A stretch of 63,102 nucleotides of DNA, from positions 1 to 63,102 of IMG/VR virus record IMGVR_UViG_3300031952_000016; one strand, written 5' to 3'. Shown here piece by piece: positions 46,981-55,266 of this stretch (its first letter is position 1; every line of letters starts with the position of its first letter). The notes below the pieces were generated by a model, which made no database searches, was not told the DNA's origin, and worked only from the letters and a program-made list of their open reading frames with translations. Source of the DNA: a virus. Taxonomy: Duplodnaviria; Caudoviricetes. Position numbers and translations under genes: made by a program.

Positions 46981-47481
46981 TTATATTTTTGGATAAACAA
47001 TTCCATTATCAACAATAGTAACGCCCCTGTCTACTCTTTGTTTTAAAACTTTCCAATCAAATCCGAAGTCCATCTGAAAATGCGGAGCGTCTTTAAAGCT
47101 TTTCCAATCGCCTCCCCATTCCCATCCTTTTGATTTAAAATAGTCAGTTACTTCTTTCCAATCAGCAATACTGTCTTTATCAAAGTCTTTAACTTGCGAC
47201 CAACTTGCTTCTTCAAATGTACCATTACCATCATTGTCATATAGCATTACAATATCAAATGCCAATCCATAATTATGAATTGATTGACCGCCTTTAGCAT
47301 TGGTAACTTTAGGGCGTTGGTTATATAGCTTATCTTGTAGCGCATTACTTCTGTAAACGTAAGCAAAACGCAATCTTGCTCCTTTACCAAGCAAGTTATT
47401 AGCTTCTTGATACTGCTGTAAAAGCATACTCCTAAGTTTAGGATGCGCTTCTTTTATTCTATCAAGTGTTATTTGGTCCAT
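46981..47481 (-). CDS. endolysin, M15 family L-Ala-D-Glu peptidase
   Basis: YRSNALQ..LY, SIHNYGLAFD, EWGGDW, DAPHFQ. Confidence 0.9.
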   Translation of the reverse strand: MDQITLDRIKEAHPKLRSMLLQQYQEANNLLGKGARLRFAYVYRSNALQDKLYNQRPKVTNAKGGQSIHNYGLAFDIVMLYDNDGNGTFEEASWSQVKDFDKDSIADWKEVTDYFKSKGWEWGGDWKSFKDAPHFQMDFGFDWKVLKQRVDRGVTIVDNGIVYPKI

Positions 47482-47912
47482 TACGTTAATTCATCAATGT
47501 TATTTTTAACTTCTTTTGCTCTAAGAAATACTTTCTTGAGTAGTTTCCAAATATCAATATTAAAACTCTCTTCAATGTTTTCTTTTATAGATACCAACTC
47601 TACAAAAATCAATAGTATAGCACATATTTTTGTGAACATATATGTTATTCCAAAAGCCCTGATTACAAACTCATTTAAAGCATATTTGTCAATCGCAAAA
47701 AGAAATAATATACAAAGTTCGTATAATGCCATTTTTGATATTATGTTCGATAATATTCTACTTCTAATACTGCTTACTCCCTTTAGTTTTATGGTTTTAA
47801 AAATACCTGTTAGAGTATCAAGAAAAATAGCGGCTCCAACCGCTATTAACAACCCATATATGGGTACAAATAATAGTATCAAAGATGATGCTATATAATT
47901 TAAGTATTTCAT
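47481..47912 (-). CDS. holin
   Basis: Multiple TMs; DTLTG and ELVSIKEN motifs; precedes the endolysin. Confidence 0.75.
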   Translation of the reverse strand: MKYLNYIASSLILLFVPIYGLLIAVGAAIFLDTLTGIFKTIKLKGVSSIRSRILSNIISKMALYELCILFLFAIDKYALNEFVIRAFGITYMFTKICAILLIFVELVSIKENIEESFNIDIWKLLKKVFLRAKEVKNNIDELT

Positions 47913-48046
47913 TATCTTCCCTGACCTTTATACGCTTTCACGTAATTCTTACTTGTTTTTAGAGTGCTCGTTTTTGTTTTTGCAGCTACACCTGACTTAC
48001 TTGAATTAGACTTGTGGGTAGTTTCTTGTTGCTTAACTTTTGCCAT
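47912..48046 (-). CDS. 44-aa basic peptide ending YKGQGR
   Basis: Manual translation. Confidence 0.65.
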   Translation of the reverse strand: MAKVKQQETTHKSNSSKSGVAAKTKTSTLKTSKNYVKAYKGQGR

Positions 48047-48047
48047 C

Positions 48048-48533
48048 TTACCAAAGAGCGTTTACTAGAGTAGCAGTTGTGCCTGTTGATTTTAAAGCTA
48101 TAACTTGAACAGGCAAAATTGTGCCCACAGGGACAGCACTAAACGTTATATCATCTCCTCCAATAGTTGTAACAGCTACATTACCTGCACCACCAACATA
48201 TAAAAAAGCACCTGTATTTCCTAAACCTGTTTGCGCAGATTGTTGGTAAATTTTAAATGATTGACCGCCTGTTGTAAAAATATTTGCATTTAAAGTGATT
48301 TCGGTTTCACTATTAACAGATACTACCGTTGCGGCTGTTGATGAAGACGTATTGTAAACAACATCTCCTGTTTTTACATTGTCAAAAATAAAATCGCCCG
48401 TAATTGTGATTAATTTATTAGTTGCGACACTTGTATTTGCTCCGGTATGTATTAAATTAATACTTGGTATTACTGCATTATCAGATTTTATAACTGATAA
48501 CGCTCTTGAGAATGTTGTTTTAAATACAGACAT
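48048..48533 (-). CDS. putative virion spike/decoration protein
   Basis: LYVGGAGNVAV...VPVGTILPVQV..LKSTGTTA; beta-rich. Confidence 0.6.
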   Translation of the reverse strand: MSVFKTTFSRALSVIKSDNAVIPSINLIHTGANTSVATNKLITITGDFIFDNVKTGDVVYNTSSSTAATVVSVNSETEITLNANIFTTGGQSFKIYQQSAQTGLGNTGAFLYVGGAGNVAVTTIGGDDITFSAVPVGTILPVQVIALKSTGTTATLVNALW

Positions 48534-48539
48534 AGTTTC

Positions 48540-48710
48540 TTATTTATATAATGTTTTGTTAATCAATAGATTGGGGTTATTCAAAGCTTTTTTTCTTTCA
48601 CTACATTCACAATCTTTACCTGTTGCTTTAGCTACAGCTTCTACTACAGTTTTTATTCCTGTAGCAGTAGTTATTTTTTCAATTGTATCTCCTAGCCCTT
48701 TTGATTTCAT
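48540..48710 (-). CDS. 56-aa protein (GLGDTIEKIT...DCEC)
   Basis: Manual translation. Confidence 0.7.
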   Translation of the reverse strand: MKSKGLGDTIEKITTATGIKTVVEAVAKATGKDCECSERKKALNNPNLLINKTLYK

Positions 48711-48732
48711 TTTGTAAAGGTATTAAATTTTT

Positions 48733-49071
48733 TTAAACTTTTGAAACTCTGTTTCCCATACCAACCTTAGTCTTTTCTGCTTTTTTAGAAGCCAATTTAG
48801 ACTTGCTAATTTCAGATATAGTCTTTGGTGTTTTTGAAGAAACTTTTACTTTTGGTCTACAGTATTCATTACTTCCTCCTGCGCCACAAGCCTTGCCTGT
48901 TTTAGTATCGGTCCATTTCTCTTTATCCCATCTCTTTAAAGATGTACCTGCCTCAGTCTTTCTTACAACGCCTGAGCCTTTACGGCATTTAGCAATAGCC
49001 TGAGAGGCTCTTGCAGATGGAAAGATATCATACTGTGCCTTTACTTTTTTATAACAAGCATCTTTTGGCAT
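48733..49071 (-). CDS. basic hypothetical protein
   Basis: ORF track; Lys-rich. Confidence 0.7.
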   Translation of the reverse strand: MPKDACYKKVKAQYDIFPSARASQAIAKCRKGSGVVRKTEAGTSLKRWDKEKWTDTKTGKACGAGGSNEYCRPKVKVSSKTPKTISEISKSKLASKKAEKTKVGMGNRVSKV

Positions 49072-49072
49072 C

Positions 49073-49267
49073 TTATTTCTTTTTAGCAGGGATTACTCCT
49101 TTTGCAATAAGAATGTCTTTCTTGGTTACTTTACCATCGCCACTAGCGTCAGGAAATTTACCTCCTTTAGCCGGAGCTTTTTTAACATTCCCTTTTAGGA
49201 ATTTCATTTTACCGTCTAATGATTTCTTAGACTCGTATTGTTTTGCTTTTTCAATTACTTTTTTCAT
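49073..49267 (-). CDS. basic peptide with a DASGDGKVTKKD (EF-hand-like) motif
   Basis: ORF track. Confidence 0.65.
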   Translation of the reverse strand: MKKVIEKAKQYESKKSLDGKMKFLKGNVKKAPAKGGKFPDASGDGKVTKKDILIAKGVIPAKKK

Positions 49268-49557
49268 TAGTATTTTCCTTTACGATTACTTGGATTACTT
49301 GTTGTTGAACCTCCTGCACCTGCCCATAAATTTTTACACGCCCAATATCTTGCAGTTAGCCTGTCTTTTGCTTCAGCGCAATTATGTCTTGCTTTAAAAC
49401 TTTTACGTGCGGCATCTGAATAATTATTGCCATAGCCTTTTGCTCCAAAATGAATAAGTTTTTCTTGTCCATTTGAACAGGCTTTTACCATTTTCTTTTT
49501 ACCCGGTCTGTCTGACGAGACCGGGCTATTACATTTCATTTTAGATTTATCAGCCAT
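49267..49557 (-). CDS. basic hypothetical protein (RKSFKARHNC...ARYWAC)
   Basis: ORF track. Confidence 0.7.
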   Translation of the reverse strand: MADKSKMKCNSPVSSDRPGKKKMVKACSNGQEKLIHFGAKGYGNNYSDAARKSFKARHNCAEAKDRLTARYWACKNLWAGAGGSTTSNPSNRKGKY

Positions 49558-49560
49558 AAC

Positions 49561-49689
49561 TTATTGTCTAAATGCTCTTGTATTATGACCCGGATACTTG
49601 TCATCTACTACAGTAGGAGTCTCTACTACAGGAGTCTCGTTTACTACTTCTTCTACGGTTTCTACAACCTCAATTTGTTTCTTTGCCAT
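49561..49689 (-). CDS. 42-aa peptide
   Basis: Manual translation MAKKQIEVVETVEE...AFRQ*. Confidence 0.6.
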   Translation of the reverse strand: MAKKQIEVVETVEEVVNETPVVETPTVVDDKYPGHNTRAFRQ

Positions 49690-49694
49690 CTTAA

Positions 49695-49862
49695 TTAACA
49701 ATAAGAGTTACTACCTTTCATTCCTTTTCCTTTAGCAGAAGACATTACTTTACTAGTAGCGCCTTTGCTGTTTTGATTGATAGCCAATTTTTTGTTGCTA
49801 CCACTTGTAGCCGGAGCCTTCATACGAGACGAACCCGGTAATTTTGGTGTTGATTTTGCCAT
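49695..49862 (-). CDS. 55-aa Lys/Ser-rich peptide
   Basis: Manual translation MAKSTPKLPG...SNSYC*. Confidence 0.6.
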   Translation of the reverse strand: MAKSTPKLPGSSRMKAPATSGSNKKLAINQNSKGATSKVMSSAKGKGMKGSNSYC

Positions 49863-49876
49863 TGTGTTTATATTTA

Positions 49877-50155
49877 TTATGTTAATCTTGTTCTATCTGA
49901 AAATGATGCCAATCCGTGAAGTCTACCGCCTGCTGTAGAACGACTTTCTACCCTACTTCTCTCTACTCTTTTAACCTCTGCATCTTGACTTATTTTATCT
50001 TTAACAGCCTTTCTCTCTGCAGCTCTTTGTTTGATACCTGCTAACGCATCCTCAATATTACCTACTTTAGGGCTATCCCCCAACGGAGTAGACTCTCTGT
50101 ATTTTGCTGCAGAATCTGCCTGTCTCTCTTCTTTTGTTTTTTTAGTAATTGGCAT
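49877..50155 (-). CDS. small basic protein, TPL-motif family
   Basis: RESTPLGDSP. Confidence 0.7.
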   Translation of the reverse strand: MPITKKTKEERQADSAAKYRESTPLGDSPKVGNIEDALAGIKQRAAERKAVKDKISQDAEVKRVERSRVESRSTAGGRLHGLASFSDRTRLT

Positions 50156-50157
50156 AG

Positions 50158-50340
50158 CTATGGTTGTTCAGGTTGAGGTTGAGGTTGAGCAGGAGCAATA
50201 TTTTTCTTAGAAATATTACCTACCTGCTGAATAGCAGCATCTGCTGTTGCTTGGTATTTATTAACAGGCATTGGCTGTTGTCCTGAGTTAACAGGCATTG
50301 GCTCGGGCGTAGCCGCTAATGGAGTATCGGGTCTCATCAT
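50158..50340 (-). CDS. small Pro/Gln-rich protein, TPL-motif family
   Basis: RPDTPLAATPEP. Confidence 0.7.
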   Translation of the reverse strand: MMRPDTPLAATPEPMPVNSGQQPMPVNKYQATADAAIQQVGNISKKNIAPAQPQPQPEQP

Positions 50341-50359
50341 AATTATTTTTTATTAAAGT

Positions 50360-50689
50360 TTATTCTGTTGAGTAATAATTTCCTTTTGTACAACTTCCTC
50401 TAGGGTCGTCTTTTGTAAATCCGTTTGCTTGACCACAATAAGGGTCGGCATTGGGTTTCTTTTTATCTTTCTCTTGTTTAGCTCTAACTTCTTCTCTTGT
50501 CTTGCCTTGAGCATTAGCATTTCTATTTAAAATAGAATCTCTAGCTCTAATATTTTTTTGTTTAACTAAATCTTGAGCAGCTCTCTTTTGCATATAAGGA
50601 CTTATCTTTTCTTTAACAGTATCTTTAACTGCAGTAAATCTTGGTTCAGGAGATGTAGCCAAAGGGGTATCTCTATTTAAAATTGCCAT
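50360..50689 (-). CDS. small basic protein, TPL-motif family
   Basis: RDTPLATSPEP. Confidence 0.7.
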   Translation of the reverse strand: MAILNRDTPLATSPEPRFTAVKDTVKEKISPYMQKRAAQDLVKQKNIRARDSILNRNANAQGKTREEVRAKQEKDKKKPNADPYCGQANGFTKDDPRGSCTKGNYYSTE

Positions 50690-50691
50690 AA

Positions 50692-50946
50692 TTATTTTTT
50701 ATTTTTAGGTAGTAATTTTCTTTCTTTAGCTTCCTGATAACCTCTAACCGATGAAGCTGTTGGGAAGAATTTATGTTTTCCTGTTGTACCTCTTTCAAAA
50801 CCAACTCTGTACTCAGCACTATCTTGTGCTGTTGCTGTGTATGGCTTGTCTTTAAAAAACTCCCTTTTTGATGTTGGAATGTTTCTGTAATCAGGAGTTG
50901 GGCTATCTGCCAACGGAGTATCCGGTCTTTTTTTAGGTTGTAGCAT
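50692..50946 (-). CDS. small basic protein, TPL-motif family
   Basis: RPDTPLADSPTP. Confidence 0.7.
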   Translation of the reverse strand: MLQPKKRPDTPLADSPTPDYRNIPTSKREFFKDKPYTATAQDSAEYRVGFERGTTGKHKFFPTASSVRGYQEAKERKLLPKNKK

Positions 50947-50951
50947 AATTA

Positions 50952-51170
50952 TTAGTCTAATAAGTTTGTTAAAAATCCTTTTTTTGTTAAATCTTCAGGG
51001 TTTTTACTAGCTCTGATTTCAGCTTTAGCAATTTCATCATTAGTGAAAAGCAAACATCTTTCGTTTTTCCCATTTGAATCCTCTACTTGGATAGCTATAT
51101 AGTTATTAGCAGAACCAAATTTTCTTTCTGTATTGTCTACAAAAATTAATCTTCCTTTAACTACTTTCAT
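50952..51170 (-). CDS. hypothetical protein
   Basis: ORF track. Confidence 0.7.
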   Translation of the reverse strand: MKVVKGRLIFVDNTERKFGSANNYIAIQVEDSNGKNERCLLFTNDEIAKAEIRASKNPEDLTKKGFLTNLLD

Positions 51171-51171
51171 A

Positions 51172-51501
51172 TTATTTATTTTTTAAATATTTGAAATCAT
51201 TAGGATTAGCTTTTTCATCTTTCTTAGAAACAACAACTCCTTCTGCGTATTTCTTTACAGCAGAATTAGCTTTAGCTTTCTTTTCTTGCGCTTTTAGAAC
51301 TCCGGGGTCTGTTTTTGAAGAACCTGTATGAATATTTTTTAAATCCATCATTGTTCTTGGCTCAGGACTAGGAGCTAATGGTATGTCTCTACCTGAATTA
51401 GGACCTTTAAAAATAGGTCTTGAATTAATACCTCCTCCTGAAGTGGCATCTATAATATTTTGCTCTTGCTTACTTAAACTCTTTTTAGGCTGCTTTGGCA
51501 T
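51172..51501 (-). CDS. small basic protein, TPL-motif family
   Basis: RDIPLAPSPEP. Confidence 0.7.
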   Translation of the reverse strand: MPKQPKKSLSKQEQNIIDATSGGGINSRPIFKGPNSGRDIPLAPSPEPRTMMDLKNIHTGSSKTDPGVLKAQEKKAKANSAVKKYAEGVVVSKKDEKANPNDFKYLKNK

Positions 51502-51520
51502 AACTAATTATTTTAATTAA

Positions 51521-51539
51521 TAACTTTGTAGCAAATATA
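51521..51539. promoter_or_regulatory. overlapping opposite-strand -7 boxes
   Basis: TAACTTTG (+, 51521-51528) and TATATTTG (-, 51539-51532). Confidence 0.6.
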
Positions 51540-51553
51540 TAAAAAAAAATCAA

Positions 51554-51994
51554 ATGAAATCAGATAGAGATGACTACCTAAAATATTACAGGGTAATACG
51601 ACAGTTTATAAAAATTAAATACGAGATAACTCAGGCTGACTTAGATATGCTTTTGTTCTTGTATTCAGAGAAGTACTTCGGAAGGGATAAGTTTGATGAA
51701 TATACCAAACTGCTAGGATGGGATGTAGTGCGCTTTTTTAGACTCCAACAAGAAGGTTGGATTGTCAAATTTAGAAATCGAGTTGGTAAGAGAAAAGCTT
51801 TGTACAAACTTACCATAAAATCTGAACGTATGATTCAGTCGATATATAGAAAACTAAGTGGGGAAGAAATCCCCACTAGTTTATCCCAAAATAAAATGTT
51901 TTTAAAAAATGCATCATACCTAGATAAAGCGTATCGTGATATGATTATTCAGATGAATGAAGTTATAAGACAACAACGACATCTCTCTCAGTAA
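51554..51994 (+). CDS. MarR-like winged-helix regulator
   Basis: ITQADLDMLLFL...RLQQEGWI...LYKLTIK. Confidence 0.6.
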   Translation: MKSDRDDYLKYYRVIRQFIKIKYEITQADLDMLLFLYSEKYFGRDKFDEYTKLLGWDVVRFFRLQQEGWIVKFRNRVGKRKALYKLTIKSERMIQSIYRKLSGEEIPTSLSQNKMFLKNASYLDKAYRDMIIQMNEVIRQQRHLSQ

Positions 51995-52226
51995 TAATCG
52001 TGTACTGCTTTTCATCAATTAGCATTGTAAATCCGTGTGCCTTGTCATAGTAGATGTCATCATCTTTCTTTATGTTAGGCACATCTGTTCCTGCTTCAAT
52101 AACTAAACCACGTTTGTATCGCATTTGGTTTACATCTTCTCCCGATAGAATCAATCCTGACTCTGTCTTCAACTCTTCATCAACGGTCTTGATGACTATG
52201 TATTTTCCTATGGGCTTTAATGACAT
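51963..52226 (-). CDS. groES: co-chaperonin GroES
   Basis: LKPIGKYIVI, KTESGLIL mobile loop, GLVIEAG, ERDVVVV. Confidence 0.9.
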   Translation of the reverse strand: MSLKPIGKYIVIKTVDEELKTESGLILSGEDVNQMRYKRGLVIEAGTDVPNIKKDDDIYYDKAHGFTMLIDEKQYTIITERDVVVVL

Positions 52227-52897
52227 AATTTTTTTATTTTTAATTGTTTATTTAATATTTTACTGTTTACTTTTTTAGACCTTCCGTATAGGTTATTTGA
52301 TATTGCTGTCTCTAAACATCCTAATTTTTTTGCTGCTTCTCTTACAGAAGAAAAATTTTCAATAAATTCAGAAGTATAATAGTCATAACAAGAAATAGGA
52401 ACGGATGTTATTATTTTTGACTTATTTGACAATCTCATTTTAGCTTTAACTTGCTCAGGTATCTTTGTTCCTGTTCTTGCTTTGGCTATATTTTCTCTAT
52501 GCTCTTTAGATTTTATCTTTCCTTTATGAGATAAAGATATTTTATTTTTCCATTCTTCAGTTCTTATAACAGATTTTAAAGATTCTATTTTCTTTTTTAA
52601 AATGCTAAAAGAAACTGCTTCGACAGTAATTCCTCCTTTTGTTTGATTAATAAGTTGGCCATTTTTTAAATCTATTCTTCCGTATTTAGTAATAAGTTCT
52701 ATCTCTAACTCAAATGCTTGCTCTTGAGTTAATCCATCTTTATATATTTCAATTATATAACCATATTTACTTACTACTCTATTCCACCATTCAGGTCTTT
52801 GCTTACAATAGGCTCTTTTTAAATCCCCCATACCTACATAGAAAACAGAATTATCTGTTTTCTTTTTATGTAGATATACAACTTTGTTATTTTTCAT
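52217..52897 (-). mobile_element. free-standing homing endonuclease (GIY-YIG-like with NUMOD3/NUMOD1-like repeats)
   Basis: VYLH...FYVGMG..KRA, E..LI..YG, LINQTKGG; RTEEWKNKISLSHKG repeats; FSSVREAAKKLG. Confidence 0.8.
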
Positions 52898-52915
52898 TTA
52901 ACAAAAATAGTAATT

Positions 52916-52942
52916 TTATTTGTATTTCCCGATTGGTTTCAT
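52916..52942 (-). pseudogene. groES: relic of the original groES 5' end
   Basis: ATG AAA CCA ATC GGG AAA TAC AAA TAA = MKPIGKYK*, matching the GroES N-terminus. Confidence 0.75.
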
Positions 52943-52946
52943 ATCC

Positions 52947-54554
52947 TTACTCGTTTGATTGTTCGTAGCTTCTCGCCATTGTGATTATCGCATCTGTGCT
53001 TAGGATTGTTACCGCTACACTCACTGCGTTTTGCAATGCTGAACGGGTTACTTTCAACGGGTCTATTACTCCCATTTTTACCAAGTCTCCAAACTCTCTT
53101 GTTTTTAGATTGTACCCGTGACCCTGAGCTACACCATCTGAATAGATGTCTGATGCTCTTAGTCCTGCGTTAGCAAGTATCTGTAAGAACGGAGCCATAA
53201 GTGCTACGCTTAAAATATTTATTGCCGCATTGTACTCCTCACTCTTGTTATCGTCTAAATGTAACGCTGCACTCTCCTCAAGTAATGCTTTCCCTGCTCC
53301 GGGCACGATACCTTCCTCTAGTGCTGACCTTACCGCACATACCGCATCATCAACTCTATCAAATAACTCTTTCTGCTCTAGGTCTGTCTGACCTCCTACG
53401 AATATCACTCCGATACCTCCTGTAAGGGAAGCGATACGCTCTAAGATAAAGTCTTTCTCGTGTTTCTTAGTTGCGTTCTTATGCGCATCCCACAACTGAG
53501 ACACTCTTTCGTCAATTGCTTTTTGGTCTAACCTCAAGTCTGACTTGATGATAACAGTTTTGTCCTTGCTCACAATTATCTTAGCTGCGTGCCCTAGGTC
53601 TCCAAAGTTGATGATACTCAAATCATCTCCCGTTTTCTCGCTGAAGTAAGTCGCTCCAACGCTAATGGCAATGTCATACATCAACTCGTGTTGCTTGTAC
53701 CCAAAACTAGGTGGTGCAACTGCACATACCTTGATGTTCCCCTTTACAACATTTGCCGCCAAACTATTGATTAGGTTCTGACCACAAGGAGATATTATCA
53801 ATAACTTTTTACCCTCACTAACAATTGGCTTAAGCACGTTCTCAATCTGAAGGATATTAGTAATCTCCATATCAGCAACCAACACCATAACATCCTCAAA
53901 TATGCACTCATCTTTTTTCTGCTCGTTTATAAACATCGGACTCAAATACCCTCTGTCAAATTTCAACCCTAAAGTGGTCTCCGCATACGTCTCGTCAGTC
54001 TGACTTTTCTCCACCGTTACAATACCGGTCTTACCAACATCTTTGTACACCTCAGAGATTATCTTCCCTATCTCTCTATCGTTGTTTGCAGATATGCTCG
54101 CTACATCCACCAACATAGAGCTAGTAACTCTCTTGCTCTTTTTGCGCAACCTATCCACCACCTTGTCGCTTATCTCCACCATACTCCTTAAGACCTCAGT
54201 CCTGTTTAGATTTGGCGTAATATGCTCAAGTCCTCCCAATACCAACCCCTCTGTAAGCACAATAGCCGTAGTGGTCCCATCTCCTGCGGCAGTAGCGGTA
54301 CGCTCAGCAGCCTCCTTCATCATCTTAACCGCAAGGTTCTCCGAAGGGTCTAACAAGTCAATAGCCTTAGCCACTGTTACACCATCTTTAGTAACCGTGA
54401 TGCCGTGAGTGTGTGTAGGGCTCTCTATCAAGACCGGATTACCTCCCGGACCTAACGTAGCTTTTACAGCTTTTGACATCTTTACCACTCCATTTACTAA
54501 TTTTTTCCTTCCTGTGTCCCCAAAACACAAATCTTTAGGCGAATACTCTAGCAT
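52947..54554 (-). CDS. groEL: chaperonin GroEL
   Basis: TLGPGG, TKDGVTVA, AGDGTTTA, FDRGYLSP, EEGIVPG, GVIDPLKVTRSALQNA. Confidence 0.95.
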   Translation of the reverse strand: MLEYSPKDLCFGDTGRKKLVNGVVKMSKAVKATLGPGGNPVLIESPTHTHGITVTKDGVTVAKAIDLLDPSENLAVKMMKEAAERTATAAGDGTTTAIVLTEGLVLGGLEHITPNLNRTEVLRSMVEISDKVVDRLRKKSKRVTSSMLVDVASISANNDREIGKIISEVYKDVGKTGIVTVEKSQTDETYAETTLGLKFDRGYLSPMFINEQKKDECIFEDVMVLVADMEITNILQIENVLKPIVSEGKKLLIISPCGQNLINSLAANVVKGNIKVCAVAPPSFGYKQHELMYDIAISVGATYFSEKTGDDLSIINFGDLGHAAKIIVSKDKTVIIKSDLRLDQKAIDERVSQLWDAHKNATKKHEKDFILERIASLTGGIGVIFVGGQTDLEQKELFDRVDDAVCAVRSALEEGIVPGAGKALLEESAALHLDDNKSEEYNAAINILSVALMAPFLQILANAGLRASDIYSDGVAQGHGYNLKTREFGDLVKMGVIDPLKVTRSALQNAVSVAVTILSTDAIITMARSYEQSNE

Positions 54555-54580
54555 TTGATTTAATTTTTAATTGTTATATG

Positions 54581-54588
54581 CAAATATA
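54581..54588 (-). promoter_or_regulatory. Bacteroidota -7 promoter box for groEL
   Basis: TATATTTG on the - strand. Confidence 0.6.
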
Positions 54589-54668
54589 GTACAATAAATT
54601 ATATTTGATACCATACTTGATGGGAAATGCGAAGCAGAGATGGATTTTTATGTGTCGTTTATTGGGTT

Positions 54669-54748
54669 ATGTCGGTTTGTATGTCGGTTTTATGACGATT
54701 TATGACGAAAAATGTCGAGAAATGTCGGTTAATGTCGAAAAAATGTCG
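54669..54748 (+). repeat. eight phased ATGWCG direct repeats (iteron-like)
   Basis: Starts at 54669, 54681, 54692, 54702, 54712, 54722, 54732, 54743. Confidence 0.8.
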
Positions 54749-54973
54749 CAGGAAGTCCAGTAAACATTGAAAAAACGACAAAAATGCAATTTTATTTTCT
54801 CTACCTCTCTCTCAGAAAATATATACTCTTCTTCTTTTTTTTATTATTTCATTCTCTTCTTTTTTTCGACATTATCGACATTAAAAGAATAAAGTATTAA
54901 TAATCAAATAGTTAGAAAAATTGAGTCGTCGCAAAAACGTCGTAAAATATAACCGATTGTGTCGATTATAAGT

Positions 54974-55009
54974 AAAAAGAAACCCTATAGTTCGTATAGG
55001 GCTTTTTTT
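54974..55009. terminator. bidirectional terminator
   Basis: CCCTATA/TATAGGG stem flanked by an A-run and a T-run. Confidence 0.7.
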
Positions 55010-55032
55010 ACTCTGTTGATTGGGATTGTTTT

Positions 55033-55266
55033 TTAATCACAACAATCTTCTTCCATCATCTCAGACATAGCATTGCCTCTTGCAACAATAGAAATCTTCT
55101 CAGCGGTTCTAATAGACTTTCTCATCTGTGCCATCTGTGCAATACCAGTTTGTCCATCAGGGCGTTCGTTAATCAACATACCATTCTTTACAGTCAATCC
55201 ACTATATGAACCACTAGCGGTCTTCTGTTGGTAGATACTGTTCTTTAAATTTAAAGGATTTTTCAT
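55033..55266 (-). CDS. hypothetical protein
   Basis: ORF track; TATCTTTG box at 55295-55288 favours the ATG at 55266. Confidence 0.65.
   Translation of the reverse strand: MKNPLNLKNSIYQQKTASGSYSGLTVKNGMLINERPDGQTGIAQMAQMRKSIRTAEKISIVARGNAMSEMMEEDCCD

Noticed and set aside
52217-52946. Group I intron in groES
   Set aside because: Only about 20 nt of non-coding sequence flanks the endonuclease, too little for a ribozyme core, and groES has a complete new start.
13270-54408. Numerous + strand ORFs within the structural arm (e.g. 13270, 23106, 33221, 47443, 54043)
   Set aside because: They are antisense shadows of long - strand genes with no recognisable motifs; 51554..51994 is the exception.
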